Shown here: positions 10,274-20,024 of the stretch, in pieces | How positions within the stretch are numbered: position 1 is the first letter of the stretch | Layout: the number at the start of each line of letters is the position of its first letter | NCBI GenBank assembly: GCA_964561475.1 | Contig: CAZLPU010000005.1 | Coordinates: 4,425 to 68,424, forward strand | DNA length: 64,000 nucleotides | From: an uncultured Alphaproteobacteria bacterium | Lineage (GTDB): Bacteria > Pseudomonadota > Alphaproteobacteria > JAJFIK01 | Direction: 5' to 3' | Notes under the pieces: generated by a model | What the model was told of the DNA's origin: nothing | The model's database searches: none | What the model saw: the letters and a program-made list of their open reading frames with translations, nothing else | Made by a program: the position numbers and the translations under genes

Positions 10274-10602
10274 CTGAGGGTTGGGCGCATCAAAATCGGC
10301 GCGTTCATCTGGGACCGGGCGCCGCCATGGTGCCCTCAGTTTCGACAGGGACCGATCGCAGGACCGGTCCGCAAACCACAGCCATGTCCGGCACGCGCCG
10401 ACCGGCCGGTCCACCGGCGCGATTCATGGGTCCATGTAAATCGGTGAGAAAAGCAAACAGGCCGTTGTCGGGTCTCCGGTCTGCTTTGTGCTCCCCAGCC
10501 CGGGAGTGAAGGAGCCCCCAAACAGAAGCGCCCCGGGTTAAAGGAGCCAAGGAGCGGCGGGCGGACCCGATCCCCCACACGGAGCCAGGGTCCACCCGGA
10601 CC

Positions 10603-11340
10603 TCAGCGCAGACGCTCAACCTTGATCGCCTTGCCCCGCCCTTCCAGGCGCAGCCGGTATCCGCCCACCAGACCGCGCTTGATCTCGACGCTGGACAGGC
10701 TGTCGCCGGGCACGTTCACCCGACCGGACCCAAGCTGGCGCCAGAGCTGGCCGTTCTCCAGCACCACATAGAACTTGCCGAAATTATTGTAGCCGTAGCG
10801 ATCCACACCCACGGTGACCTTGCGCAGACGCTCCTGCTTGGCGGGCTCCACGGGCTTGGAGGTCAGATCATCCTGGGACACGGTGGCGTCGCCAAAGGTC
10901 TCGGCGGATGTGTCCGGAGCGGCGGGCTGGGCGGGAGCGGCAGGTTGCGCGGGAGCAGCCGGTTTGGCCGGAGTTTCAGGCGCTGCGGCAGGTGTTACGG
11001 GTGCGGGCATGGCTTCCCGGCGCGCAATCTCGGCTTCCCGGCGGGCGATTTCTGCTTCCCGGCGCGCGATCTCCGCCTCCCGGAGGCGGATTTCCTCGGC
11101 GGCCTGAGCGTCCAGGACTTCGTCCGCCCGGGGCGGGACTTCGGCGGGATTTGCCGGCACCGGCTTGCCGGCCGCGCGCAGGGCCATGGTCACGGCGTCG
11201 AAACAGGTGAGCCGGGCGCTGTCGTCCTTGATCTCGGCACACCGGGCCAGAGGATCCTTTGCGGTCTTGTCGTCCGCGCTCGCTGGCGCTCCCATCACGG
11301 ACATGCTGCCAATGACCGCAGTCAGTACAGCCGCACGCAT
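10603..11340 (-). CDS. Secreted hypothetical protein with (REAEIAR)3 heptad repeat and Pro/Ala-rich linker
   Basis: Signal peptide MRAAVLTAVIGSMSVMGAPASA. Three perfect 21-bp repeats encode REAEIAR, followed by a PAxPAAPAQ low-complexity linker and a C-terminal globular region with no recognised family. Confidence 0.55.
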   Translation of the reverse strand: MRAAVLTAVIGSMSVMGAPASADDKTAKDPLARCAEIKDDSARLTCFDAVTMALRAAGKPVPANPAEVPPRADEVLDAQAAEEIRLREAEIARREAEIARREAEIARREAMPAPVTPAAAPETPAKPAAPAQPAAPAQPAAPDTSAETFGDATVSQDDLTSKPVEPAKQERLRKVTVGVDRYGYNNFGKFYVVLENGQLWRQLGSGRVNVPGDSLSSVEIKRGLVGGYRLRLEGRGKAIKVERLR

Positions 11341-11808
11341 GGTGGCCACCCCGGCCAGGGATCTCGTTTCACCGCTCGCCATCGTCTTAATCCTTCCCCC
11401 GATACACCGCTCCCTGCCCCGTATCCCTCAAGCCAAGCCTTGGAGAGTTGGCCAGACCTTCGGGAATTGGACCGAGCGGGCCAACGACCCGTGCGGGCTG
11501 GGGGCCAGTGTGTGTGCCAGACCGTCCCGCCCTGAAATCACAATTGTGCCAGCCCCTTCCGTCGGCACGCCCCACCTGATCCTTACGGATCAAGGATGCC
11601 CGATCCTTCCGGATCAGGGACGAATGGTGCACCATGCTGACGTAAAACACCATCCAACCGCGTCGTGAGATCGGCGGAGGATGGTGCGCAGGCAGACTTC
11701 GACGGCATGGTGGGGACCGGAGCAATGCGCGTCAACCGGCGCGATACGCGACCCGAGCGGAATAGATTTGCAAGAGGCAGGGGCCTAACCTCAGGAAAGG
11801 ATGCATTC

Positions 11809-13476
11809 ATGACGGCATTTTGGACCAAACTCCCCAAATGGACGGGGCGGGGAGCGGCAGCCTTGCTGCTCGCCGGCACATTGAGTGCGTGTGGTGACAA
11901 CACGGATACGGGCGAAACCCAGCAGACCGGGGCCGATGCGGCGCCCCAGGAAGTGGTGCTGCACCGGGGCAATTCCGGCGAGCCCTCCTCCCTCGATCCC
12001 CACCGGATCGCCGGAACCTGGGAAAGCAGCATCGCCCGGGACCTCTATCTGGGGCTGATGACCGACGCCGCCGACGCAACGCCCATTTACGGCGCCGCGG
12101 AAAGCCACACGGTGAGCGAAGACGGCCTGACCTACACATTCACCATGCGCGACGGCCACACCTGGTCCGACGGCACGCCGGTGACCGCCCAGGACTTCGT
12201 CTATTCCTGGCGCCGGATCCTGAACCCGGAGACCGCGGCGGAATACGCCTCTCTTATGTACGTGCTCAAGAATGGTCTAGGCATCAACACCCAGGGCGAG
12301 CCCTTGGACACCCTCGGCGCCCGGGCCATCGACGATCGCACCCTTGAGGTGACCCTCGAATATCCGGCCCCCTATTTCCTCCAGCTTCTGACCCACCAGG
12401 CCGCCTATCCGGTGCCCCCCCATGTGGTGGAAGCGGAAGGCGACGGCTGGATCACCTCGGAAGCGGCGACCACCAACGGGGCTTATGTCATCGATGAATG
12501 GCGTCCGAACGATTTTGTCCGCCTGAAGAAGAACGAGCGCTTCTATGATGCCGAAAACGTCGCCATCGACACGGTGATTTTCTATCCCACCGATGACCGC
12601 CCCGCCGCCGTGCGCCGGTTCCGGGCGGGCGAGCTGGACATGAACGACGACTTCCCCTCCCAGAACTATGAGCGGCTGAAGGAACTGCTGCCGGGCGAGG
12701 TGCTGGTCACCGAGTTCATGCTGTCCAACTGTTACTTCATCAATGTGGAGCAGGAGCCCTTCAACAATCCGGACATCCGCCTGGCCATGGGCATGGCCAT
12801 CGACCGGAACGTGCTCACCGACGACATCCTGCGCACGGGCCAGACCCCGTCCTATGCCTTCGTGCCCCCCAGCATCATGAACTACCCCCACACGGCCCAG
12901 GCCCCGTTCAAGGACCAGCCCATGGAGGAGCGGATCGCCCAGGCCCGCGCCATGATGGAAGAAGCGGGCTTCAGCGAAGAAACCCCCCTGCGCTTCACCC
13001 TGCGCTACCGTGAAGGGGTGGACAATCGCCGGGTGGCCATCGCCATCGCCGGGATGTGGCGCCAGATCCACATCAATGCGGAGCTGCTGAACACCGAGGC
13101 CAAGACTCACTACAATGACCTGCGTTCAGGCAATTATGTCGTGGCCGACGGCGGCTGGGTCGCCGACTACAATGACGCGACCAACTACCTGTTTCTGCTG
13201 GAAACCGACACGGGCTTCCTGAACTACGCCAACTACTCCAATCCGGACTTTGACCGGATGATGAAGGAGGCCCGGAACATGGTGGATGTCGAGGCCCGCG
13301 GCGCCCTCCTCGCCGAGGCCGAGCAGCTCATGCTCAATGAGATGCCCGTGATCCCCACCCTGATCGGCACCCGCCGCCACCTGGTGGGCGCCCATGTGAA
13401 AGGTTTCGTCGACAATCCCGAGGACAAGCATCCGACCCGGTTCCTGTCCATCGACGAAAGCGCCCGGCGCCGCTGA
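11809..13476 (+). CDS. oppA: Peptide ABC transporter substrate-binding lipoprotein (SBP family 5, OppA/DppA-like)
   Basis: AGGAAAGG Shine-Dalgarno 8 nt upstream. Lipoprotein signal with lipobox LSAC. Family-5 SBP motifs (SSLDPHR, DFVYSWRRILNPETAAEYA). Confidence 0.85.
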   Translation: MTAFWTKLPKWTGRGAAALLLAGTLSACGDNTDTGETQQTGADAAPQEVVLHRGNSGEPSSLDPHRIAGTWESSIARDLYLGLMTDAADATPIYGAAESHTVSEDGLTYTFTMRDGHTWSDGTPVTAQDFVYSWRRILNPETAAEYASLMYVLKNGLGINTQGEPLDTLGARAIDDRTLEVTLEYPAPYFLQLLTHQAAYPVPPHVVEAEGDGWITSEAATTNGAYVIDEWRPNDFVRLKKNERFYDAENVAIDTVIFYPTDDRPAAVRRFRAGELDMNDDFPSQNYERLKELLPGEVLVTEFMLSNCYFINVEQEPFNNPDIRLAMGMAIDRNVLTDDILRTGQTPSYAFVPPSIMNYPHTAQAPFKDQPMEERIAQARAMMEEAGFSEETPLRFTLRYREGVDNRRVAIAIAGMWRQIHINAELLNTEAKTHYNDLRSGNYVVADGGWVADYNDATNYLFLLETDTGFLNYANYSNPDFDRMMKEARNMVDVEARGALLAEAEQLMLNEMPVIPTLIGTRRHLVGAHVKGFVDNPEDKHPTRFLSIDESARRR

Positions 13477-13500
13477 GGCAAGCTGACGCGAATGGCAATC

Positions 13501-13538
13501 CCCTGCGTCCCCTTACCCGGGACGCAGGGTCACTTTTG
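13501..13538 (+). terminator. Rho-independent terminator after oppA
   Basis: GC-rich hairpin CCCTGCGTCCCC...GGGACGCAGGG followed by a T-run. Confidence 0.6.
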
Positions 13539-14194
13539 AAGATTTGCAACTGAACTTGATTTGCGCCTTGATGAATTGGTCTATGAATTACAGTGCGGCG
13601 TTTCGAATATGTCTCAAGATTACGCTGCACGCTCTTTTTGATAACCGGAATACCGGGACAGTCTTCAATCATGATGCGGCTGACGGCCATACTGCCGAAC
13701 ACGTAGGCATGTCCTGAACCCGCGATCAGGGCGCCACTGGGATTGCGGACAACCCCATGCTTTCATCCGGTCTTCGATTGCCGGGCCATGACAGGCTTTT
13801 GCCGCGCCGGACCGCCGATTTCACATCTCAAAAGGGATAATTTCCCCTCGGAACACGCCAATGCTGAAAAAGCTGTGACGGTTTTGTGTGTCCCAAACGT
13901 CACGAGGTCCGAGCGTGGCGAAAGTGTGTCGAAAGAAGGTTAAAACAAAATTGACGTTATGGCGGAGCGGCCCTACCCTGTCTTTCGAGGGTATGGAGGG
14001 GTGCGATCGAGATGTGAGTGCTCCGGACCGGCAGGGATGAGCGATAGGTGCCGGTCGAGAAGGGTTTCGTTCCCTCCTTAAGAACAGCTGCAACCGCTTT
14101 AAACGTCCGATCCTGGCACCTGCCGGAGACCGGAACCATCAGAACGAATGGCGGGTGCACCCGAGTGTGGATGCTAGAAATGGGGTTGGACACT

Positions 14195-17100
14195 ATGATG
14201 GACTCACTGCTCAAGGAGCGGCTCCTTGGCTCGACCATGGTAGCGGGCGTTGCGGCTGCTGCCATGATTGTCACCTTGCCTCTCTCGGCCCTGGCCCAGG
14301 ATGCCGATGACGAGCCTACCGTTGTCGCCGAGGAAGACGAAGCGGCGATGGATGATGAAGCGGACGAGCGGATGACCGTCGTCGGCTCCCGCCTGCGTCG
14401 GAGCACGGCCACCAGCATCAAGCCGATCCAGATCATCTCTGGTGAAATTTCCCGGGACCTGGGTCTCGTGGATGCCGGTGCAGCCCTTCAGGACTCCACT
14501 GCTGCTTCCGGTCAGCAGATCGATGAAACCTTCACCGGCTTCGTGCTGGATAACGGTCCGGGTGCCGCACAGGTGTCCCTGCGCTCCCTCGGCGCCGACC
14601 GGACCCTGGTGCTGCTGAACGGCCGCCGCCTGGCTCCGTCCGGTGTGGAAGGCGCTCCGGTGAGCCCGGACATCAACCTGATCCCCGGCCTGTTGACTGA
14701 CCGGATCGAACTCCTCCTCGACGGCGCGTCCTCCGTTTACGGTTCCGACGCCATCGCCGGTGTGGTGGACGTGCGCCTGCGCCGGGACTTTGACGGCCTG
14801 GAACTCGAAGGCTTCCGTACCTTCACCGAGGCCGGCGGCGGTGAAGAGACCACCGTGGCTGCATCCTGGGGCTTCAACACCGACCGGGGCTTTGCCGGTT
14901 TCGGCGTGGAATACTCCCGGATTTCCGAGATCAAGCGGAACCAGCGGGATTTTGCTGAATGTGTGCGCGACATCGAAATCACCGAAGACGGTGAGCGCCG
15001 CACCCGGAGCAAGACCGACGCCTTCGACTTCGGCATGGTCGAAACCGATTGTGCGCGGACCAACCTGTCCAGCCGTTACTTCATCACCGGCGTGCCTTAC
15101 GGCGTGATTTATCCGGTGAGCGGAGCCGGCAACTCCGGCATTCCCGGTTTCTCCGAAACCAACCAGTTCGGTATCGGTGTTGACGCTGACGGCGACGGCA
15201 TCACCGACATCAACTTCTCGGACTACAGCCAGAACGTTCAGCAGTCCTACATCGACACCCAGGACATTCTGGCCCGCACGAGCCAGCTCGTCGCACTCAG
15301 CTACGGTGAGTACAATATCGGTGGTGTGAACAACATCACGGCCTTCTACGAAGCCATGTACTCCCGCCGGAGCACTCTGATCGAAGGCGACACGCTCTTC
15401 GCCAGTGTGGACGTGGCTGCCACCAACCCGTTCAACCCTTGTAATCCAGACGGTGTCCGGGGCGTGGATTGCGGCGCGGCCTATGACTCCCTGCTCAACG
15501 ATCCGGAATTTGCCCAGCAGGTGGCCGATACCTTCGGCCTGACCCCGGCTGAATTCCGCGACTTCGGCATTGTCGACCTGTTCCTCGGCAATATCGGCGC
15601 CATTCCCGCCGGTGCCTTCCTCTCCTTCGACGAAGGCAGCGATGAAACAGAGGTTGAAATTGCTCAGCTGCGCCTGGTCGGTGGCCTGAAAGGCGACCTT
15701 CCCCAGCTGCAATTCGGTCCGATCAAGAACCTGAGCTGGGAAGCCTTCGCCAGCTACAGCCGGTCCGACGGTAACTCCCGCCGCTTCGGTGTTCTGGAAG
15801 ACAACCTGGTTCTGTCCGCCCAGACCACCATCGAAGACCCGAACAATCCGGGTAACTTCGTCTGCGGCCTTGACGTGGACGGTGACGGGATCCCCGATCC
15901 GGATGGCGCCACCCAGCAGGGCAACAACAACGCCCCTGAATGTGTGCCCGTCGACTTCTTCAACCCGTCTCTCTACGTGCCCGGCGCCTCCGGCAGCTTC
16001 CTCACCAAGGAAGAGCGGGATTACATTGTCGGCACCCGGACCTTCAACACCATCTACGAACAGACCATCTTCAACGCCTTCCTGACCGGTGACGTCTATG
16101 AGCTGCCCGCCGGTAATGTGGGCGCCGTGGTCGGTGTCGAATACCGGAAGGACGAACTGAACTCTCAGCCGGACATCGTGGCCGGTCGGGGTCTGTTCGC
16201 AGGCTTCTTCTCCGATGCTGGCGGTGTCGGCTCCAAGGAGATTTTCGAAGCCTTTGGTGAGGTGGAAATTCCCATTCTCGCCAACCTGCCCTTCGCGGAA
16301 GAGTGGACGGTGAATGCCTCCGCACGTTGGACGGAAGAAGAGTTCTACGGCTCCGCCTGGACCTACAGCGTGTCCTCGGGCTACCGCCCGGTTGACTGGC
16401 TGCTGCTGCGCGGCAGCTACGGCACCTCCTTCCGTGCACCGAACCTGCGGGAGAACTTCCTGCGCGGCGCGACGGGCTTCCTTGCCTTCGAAGATCCCTG
16501 CGTGGTCCCGCCGGATGCCTATGACACTCTGAACCAGGCTTATCTGCCCCAGTTCGACGACCGGGATCCGATCGTGCTCGAGAACTGCCAGCTGGACGGT
16601 CTCGACCCGACATCCCTGGGCACCCAGGACAACCCGGGGCAGCAGCCTGATCCGACCACCTCTGTGGAACTGAGCCGGGGCGGCTCCCTGGATCTGGAAG
16701 CAGAAGAATCCCGGTCCTTCACGGCTGGTTTCGCTTTCGAGCAGCCCTGGACCGACTTCTTCGACCTGACCGTTTCCGTGTCCTACTACAACATCGAGAT
16801 TGAGAACTCGATCGCGGAACCCAACGGCCAGTTCGTCATCAATGACTGCTACGCGCTCAACCCGAACCTGTCTTCCGCCTTCTGTTCGCGGATCAATCGC
16901 GGTAGCGACGGTCGCATCAACCTGATGGATCTGAGCTTCCAGAACATCAACAGCGACAACGCCTCCGGTGTCGATATCGACGTCGTGATGATCAAGGAGT
17001 TCCGGCTGTTCGACCGGGTGTTCGATGTGACCCTGGATCTGGAAACCGCCTACACCGCACAGCGTGAGATCGGCATCATCGGTTCCGACGGGACCGAGCA

Positions 17101-17521
17101 GATCGACGACAATGTGGGTGAATTCGGACTTCCGGAGTGGCAAGGCCGCTACAGCATGTTCATCGATTACGATGACTTCCGCTTCACCTGGTCCACCCGC
17201 TGGCTCGGCGCCGTCTCCCAGGACAACGAATTCGTCGATGATTTCGATGACACCAGCGGCATTGGTGACACCTGTCTGCCCGGTGAGTGTCTGGCTCGTG
17301 ACGTTGGCTTCGCGGACAGCTACTTCCGTCACGACCTGTCCTTCCGGTACTCCAGCGACACCTGGGTGTTCCGCTTCGGTGTGAACAACGTCTTCGACGT
17401 GCCTCCGCCGCTGGTGGATACGGACGAGATCCAGGGTATCCCGGGGACCAACGTGCCCCTGGGCGCCGGTTACGACATCATCGGCCGCCGGTACTTCCTG
17501 AACGTCAGCAAGACGTTCTGA
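14195..17521 (+). CDS. TonB-dependent outer-membrane receptor
   Basis: Signal peptide then plug-domain motifs (MTVVGSRL TonB-box-like, IQIISGEEI, SLRSLGADRTLVLLNGRR) and a long beta-barrel ending in the aromatic C-terminal RYFLNVSKTF. The start is uncertain, with candidate ATGs at 14171-14237. Confidence 0.8.
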   Translation: MMDSLLKERLLGSTMVAGVAAAAMIVTLPLSALAQDADDEPTVVAEEDEAAMDDEADERMTVVGSRLRRSTATSIKPIQIISGEISRDLGLVDAGAALQDSTAASGQQIDETFTGFVLDNGPGAAQVSLRSLGADRTLVLLNGRRLAPSGVEGAPVSPDINLIPGLLTDRIELLLDGASSVYGSDAIAGVVDVRLRRDFDGLELEGFRTFTEAGGGEETTVAASWGFNTDRGFAGFGVEYSRISEIKRNQRDFAECVRDIEITEDGERRTRSKTDAFDFGMVETDCARTNLSSRYFITGVPYGVIYPVSGAGNSGIPGFSETNQFGIGVDADGDGITDINFSDYSQNVQQSYIDTQDILARTSQLVALSYGEYNIGGVNNITAFYEAMYSRRSTLIEGDTLFASVDVAATNPFNPCNPDGVRGVDCGAAYDSLLNDPEFAQQVADTFGLTPAEFRDFGIVDLFLGNIGAIPAGAFLSFDEGSDETEVEIAQLRLVGGLKGDLPQLQFGPIKNLSWEAFASYSRSDGNSRRFGVLEDNLVLSAQTTIEDPNNPGNFVCGLDVDGDGIPDPDGATQQGNNNAPECVPVDFFNPSLYVPGASGSFLTKEERDYIVGTRTFNTIYEQTIFNAFLTGDVYELPAGNVGAVVGVEYRKDELNSQPDIVAGRGLFAGFFSDAGGVGSKEIFEAFGEVEIPILANLPFAEEWTVNASARWTEEEFYGSAWTYSVSSGYRPVDWLLLRGSYGTSFRAPNLRENFLRGATGFLAFEDPCVVPPDAYDTLNQAYLPQFDDRDPIVLENCQLDGLDPTSLGTQDNPGQQPDPTTSVELSRGGSLDLEAEESRSFTAGFAFEQPWTDFFDLTVSVSYYNIEIENSIAEPNGQFVINDCYALNPNLSSAFCSRINRGSDGRINLMDLSFQNINSDNASGVDIDVVMIKEFRLFDRVFDVTLDLETAYTAQREIGIIGSDGTEQIDDNVGEFGLPEWQGRYSMFIDYDDFRFTWSTRWLGAVSQDNEFVDDFDDTSGIGDTCLPGECLARDVGFADSYFRHDLSFRYSSDTWVFRFGVNNVFDVPPPLVDTDEIQGIPGTNVPLGAGYDIIGRRYFLNVSKTF

Positions 17522-17553
17522 TCCGGACGGATCGCTCCAACGCACTTCACGAT

Positions 17554-17588
17554 CAGCCCGGCACACCAGTGCCGGGCTGATTTTTTTT
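17554..17588 (+). terminator. Rho-independent terminator after the TonB-dependent receptor
   Basis: CAGCCCGGCAC...GTGCCGGGCTG hairpin followed by T8. Confidence 0.75.
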
Positions 17589-17822
17589 GTCGGCCCCCTG
17601 CCCTGTGGGGCATACTACGAAAGGTCTGGCCTGAGGCTGGGGATCGCGCCGTCAATGAATGCGGTCGATCAGGCAAGGGCGGCATGGCGCTGGCGGACCA
17701 TACTCTGCCCATGGCTTCAGCCTTGAGACAGGAGACCTGTCCCGCTGACCGCCCCGGCCTCCTCGCACCTGCCCCCACCTCCAGACCGGACCCGATTGTG
17801 CTGAAAGAGGAAGGATGTCCCT

Positions 17823-19856
17823 ATGCTGAGAGTATTCGCCCTTCCCCTTGCGCTTCTTCTGTCCCAGTCGGCCGTTCATGCGGCCCTGGCGGAGGAACAG
17901 CAGGTGGACCTCGTTCCCATGAGCGGGGCGATTGAAGACTTTGAAACCAGCGAAGGCGCCCAGAGTGGTGGCCCGATTCCCCTGGAACACTTCGCTGTCC
18001 GGGAAGCGGTCACCCAGGTGGAGGTCTCCCCCAACGGCCGGTACCTCGCGCTGATGAAGATCGCATCCCGGGAAGGCAATCCGGTCATCGAGATTTATGA
18101 GACCGCCGACCTGAACAAGGAGCCCCGCCGCCTCGCCGCGGACCCGATGGAATTCATCTCCCTGACCTGGGTCAGCGACGACAACCTGTTCATCAATGCC
18201 CGTCAGAAAGTCCGTAACCGGATCGAAGGCTTCAACCGGGGCATCTACGAATTCGTGTCCGTCAATTACACGATCAGCGAACGGGATTTCGAGGAACTGG
18301 ATGAAAACACCGCCCTGGTGAACATCCTTCCCAAGGACCCGGATCACATCCTGATTTCCCAGTCCACCACCGATCTGAGCCTTCTCGGGGATGACCCCTT
18401 CGCGGCTTTCCGCCCCCGGGCCTACTACAAGCTCAACCTGAAGACCCAGAGCAAGGAACTGGTCCTCAAGGGCAACAACCGCGTGGCCACGGCGATCTTC
18501 GATCCCATGGGCAATCCCCGGTTCGCCCAGGGCTATGACGCCTCCACCCGCGAGTTTGTCTATTATGGCCGCTCACCCGGGGAAACAACCTGGCGGGAAG
18601 TTCTGCGTACGGATTCTTACGATACGTCCACCGCTTTCTTCTTCCAGGTTCAGGCCTTCGATCCGGCTGAACCCGACATCGCCTATGCCCTGGCCACCAA
18701 TGGCCACGACAAGGTGGGCCTCTGGGAACTCAACCTGGAAACAGGAGAGTTTGGCGAAGTGCTCTACCGCCGCGGCGATGCGGACGTGATCAGCATTGTT
18801 CCCCATTCGGATGTCTTCCAACGGCCCGGCGAACCGGCTGGCCTGGTGCACTACGGCGACGGTGTCCAGTTCGTCTGGTTCGATCCGGAGGAGGAAGCCC
18901 TTTATGAGGGATTGAAAGCTGCCATTCCCAACGCCTTCCGTCCCCAGGTGACCACCCGGTCCCGGGACAGCCGTGTCATGACGGTCTTCAATCAGGGCCC
19001 GAAGGACGCAGGCTCTTATTATCTGCTCAAGGATGGTCAGCTGCGGTACATCGGCGGCCACTATCCCCACATCAAGCCCGAATCCCTGAGCGACGTCCGG
19101 TTCATCCGCTACAAGGCCCGGGATGGGCTGGAGATCCCGGGCTATCTGACCATCCCGAACGCGGGCGAGGCCCCCTACCCCCTCGTGGTGGTGCCCCATG
19201 GCGGACCTTACGTCTCCGAGGCCATCGTCTATGACGAATGGTCCCAGATGCTGGCCAACAACGGCTATATGGTGCTCCAGCCCCAGTACCGGGGATCCCT
19301 GGGCTACGGCGTCAATCACCTGATGTCTTCCGTGAGCCAGCACGGGCTTGCCATGCAGGACGACAAGGACGACGGTGCGATGTATCTGGTCGAGCAGGGT
19401 CTTGCCGACCCGGATCGGATCGCCATGTTCGGGTGGAGCTACGGCGGCTATGCGGCCGCGGTGGCCGCGTCCCGGACGCCCCAGGTCTACCAGTGCGTGA
19501 TCGCGGGCGCGCCGGTGACCGACGGCACCTTCCAGCTCAACTACTACCGGGACACACTTCTTCCGGCAACGGAGCAATGGGAACTCCAGCGCCGTCAGGG
19601 CGTCAATCCCATGGACGAAGTGGCCAAGATCAATGTTCCCGTCCTGCTCATCCACGGCCGCCAGGACCAGCGGGTGCCCTATCCCCATGCCACCCGTTGG
19701 GCAAATGCCATGGAATCCGCCGGCAAGGAGCACAAATTCGTCACCCTGGAGGGGGCAGACCACTTCTCCAACACCCTCTTCTACAACCACCAGCTGACCC
19801 TCTACCGGGCACTGACGACTTTCCTGAAGAACGACTGCGGCCCCGGCGGTCTTTGA
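17823..19856 (+). CDS. S9 family serine peptidase (prolyl oligopeptidase / dipeptidyl-aminopeptidase-like), secreted
   Basis: Signal peptide. N-terminal beta-propeller-like region and a C-terminal alpha/beta hydrolase with the GWSYGGY (GxSxGG) nucleophile motif and downstream D/H residues. Confidence 0.85.
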   Translation: MLRVFALPLALLLSQSAVHAALAEEQQVDLVPMSGAIEDFETSEGAQSGGPIPLEHFAVREAVTQVEVSPNGRYLALMKIASREGNPVIEIYETADLNKEPRRLAADPMEFISLTWVSDDNLFINARQKVRNRIEGFNRGIYEFVSVNYTISERDFEELDENTALVNILPKDPDHILISQSTTDLSLLGDDPFAAFRPRAYYKLNLKTQSKELVLKGNNRVATAIFDPMGNPRFAQGYDASTREFVYYGRSPGETTWREVLRTDSYDTSTAFFFQVQAFDPAEPDIAYALATNGHDKVGLWELNLETGEFGEVLYRRGDADVISIVPHSDVFQRPGEPAGLVHYGDGVQFVWFDPEEEALYEGLKAAIPNAFRPQVTTRSRDSRVMTVFNQGPKDAGSYYLLKDGQLRYIGGHYPHIKPESLSDVRFIRYKARDGLEIPGYLTIPNAGEAPYPLVVVPHGGPYVSEAIVYDEWSQMLANNGYMVLQPQYRGSLGYGVNHLMSSVSQHGLAMQDDKDDGAMYLVEQGLADPDRIAMFGWSYGGYAAAVAASRTPQVYQCVIAGAPVTDGTFQLNYYRDTLLPATEQWELQRRQGVNPMDEVAKINVPVLLIHGRQDQRVPYPHATRWANAMESAGKEHKFVTLEGADHFSNTLFYNHQLTLYRALTTFLKNDCGPGGL

Positions 19857-19894
19857 GATCCTCGAAAGAGGTCACTTTGGTGATCTGACCAACA

Positions 19895-19927
19895 GGCCGG
19901 CACACCCGTTGCCGGCCTGTTTTTTTG
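19895..19927 (+). terminator. Rho-independent terminator (for the S9 peptidase gene)
   Basis: GGCCGGCACACCCGTTGCCGGCC hairpin followed by T7. Confidence 0.75.
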
Positions 19928-19964
19928 TGGGTTGCTCTGAAATGCCCAATCCCGTCGTGGATCA

Positions 19965-19997
19965 AGAAAAAAGCCCCCGGCCCTGGGCCGGAGGCTT
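19965..19997 (-). terminator. Rho-independent terminator (for sppA, minus strand)
   Basis: On the minus strand, GCCTCCGGCCCAGGGCCGGGGGC hairpin followed by T6. Together with the previous feature this forms a bidirectional terminator pair between convergent genes. Confidence 0.7.
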
Positions 19998-20024
19998 TAT
20001 CGGTCATGGCGATGCGGGGGACGC

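Noticed and set aside
14100-14135. Possible sigma54 promoter (CTGGCAC…) or complete B12 box upstream of the TonB-dependent receptor
   Set aside because: TGGCAC is present, but the -12 element (TTGCW) at the correct spacing is not. The B12-box match (GCCGGAGACCGG) is only partial. Kept as a low-confidence riboswitch/leader finding only.
14204-17566. 1120-aa minus-strand ORF mirroring the TonB-dependent receptor
   Set aside because: Shadow ORF: the opposite strand encodes a bona fide receptor with plug, barrel and C-terminal aromatic motifs, and the minus frame is low-complexity.
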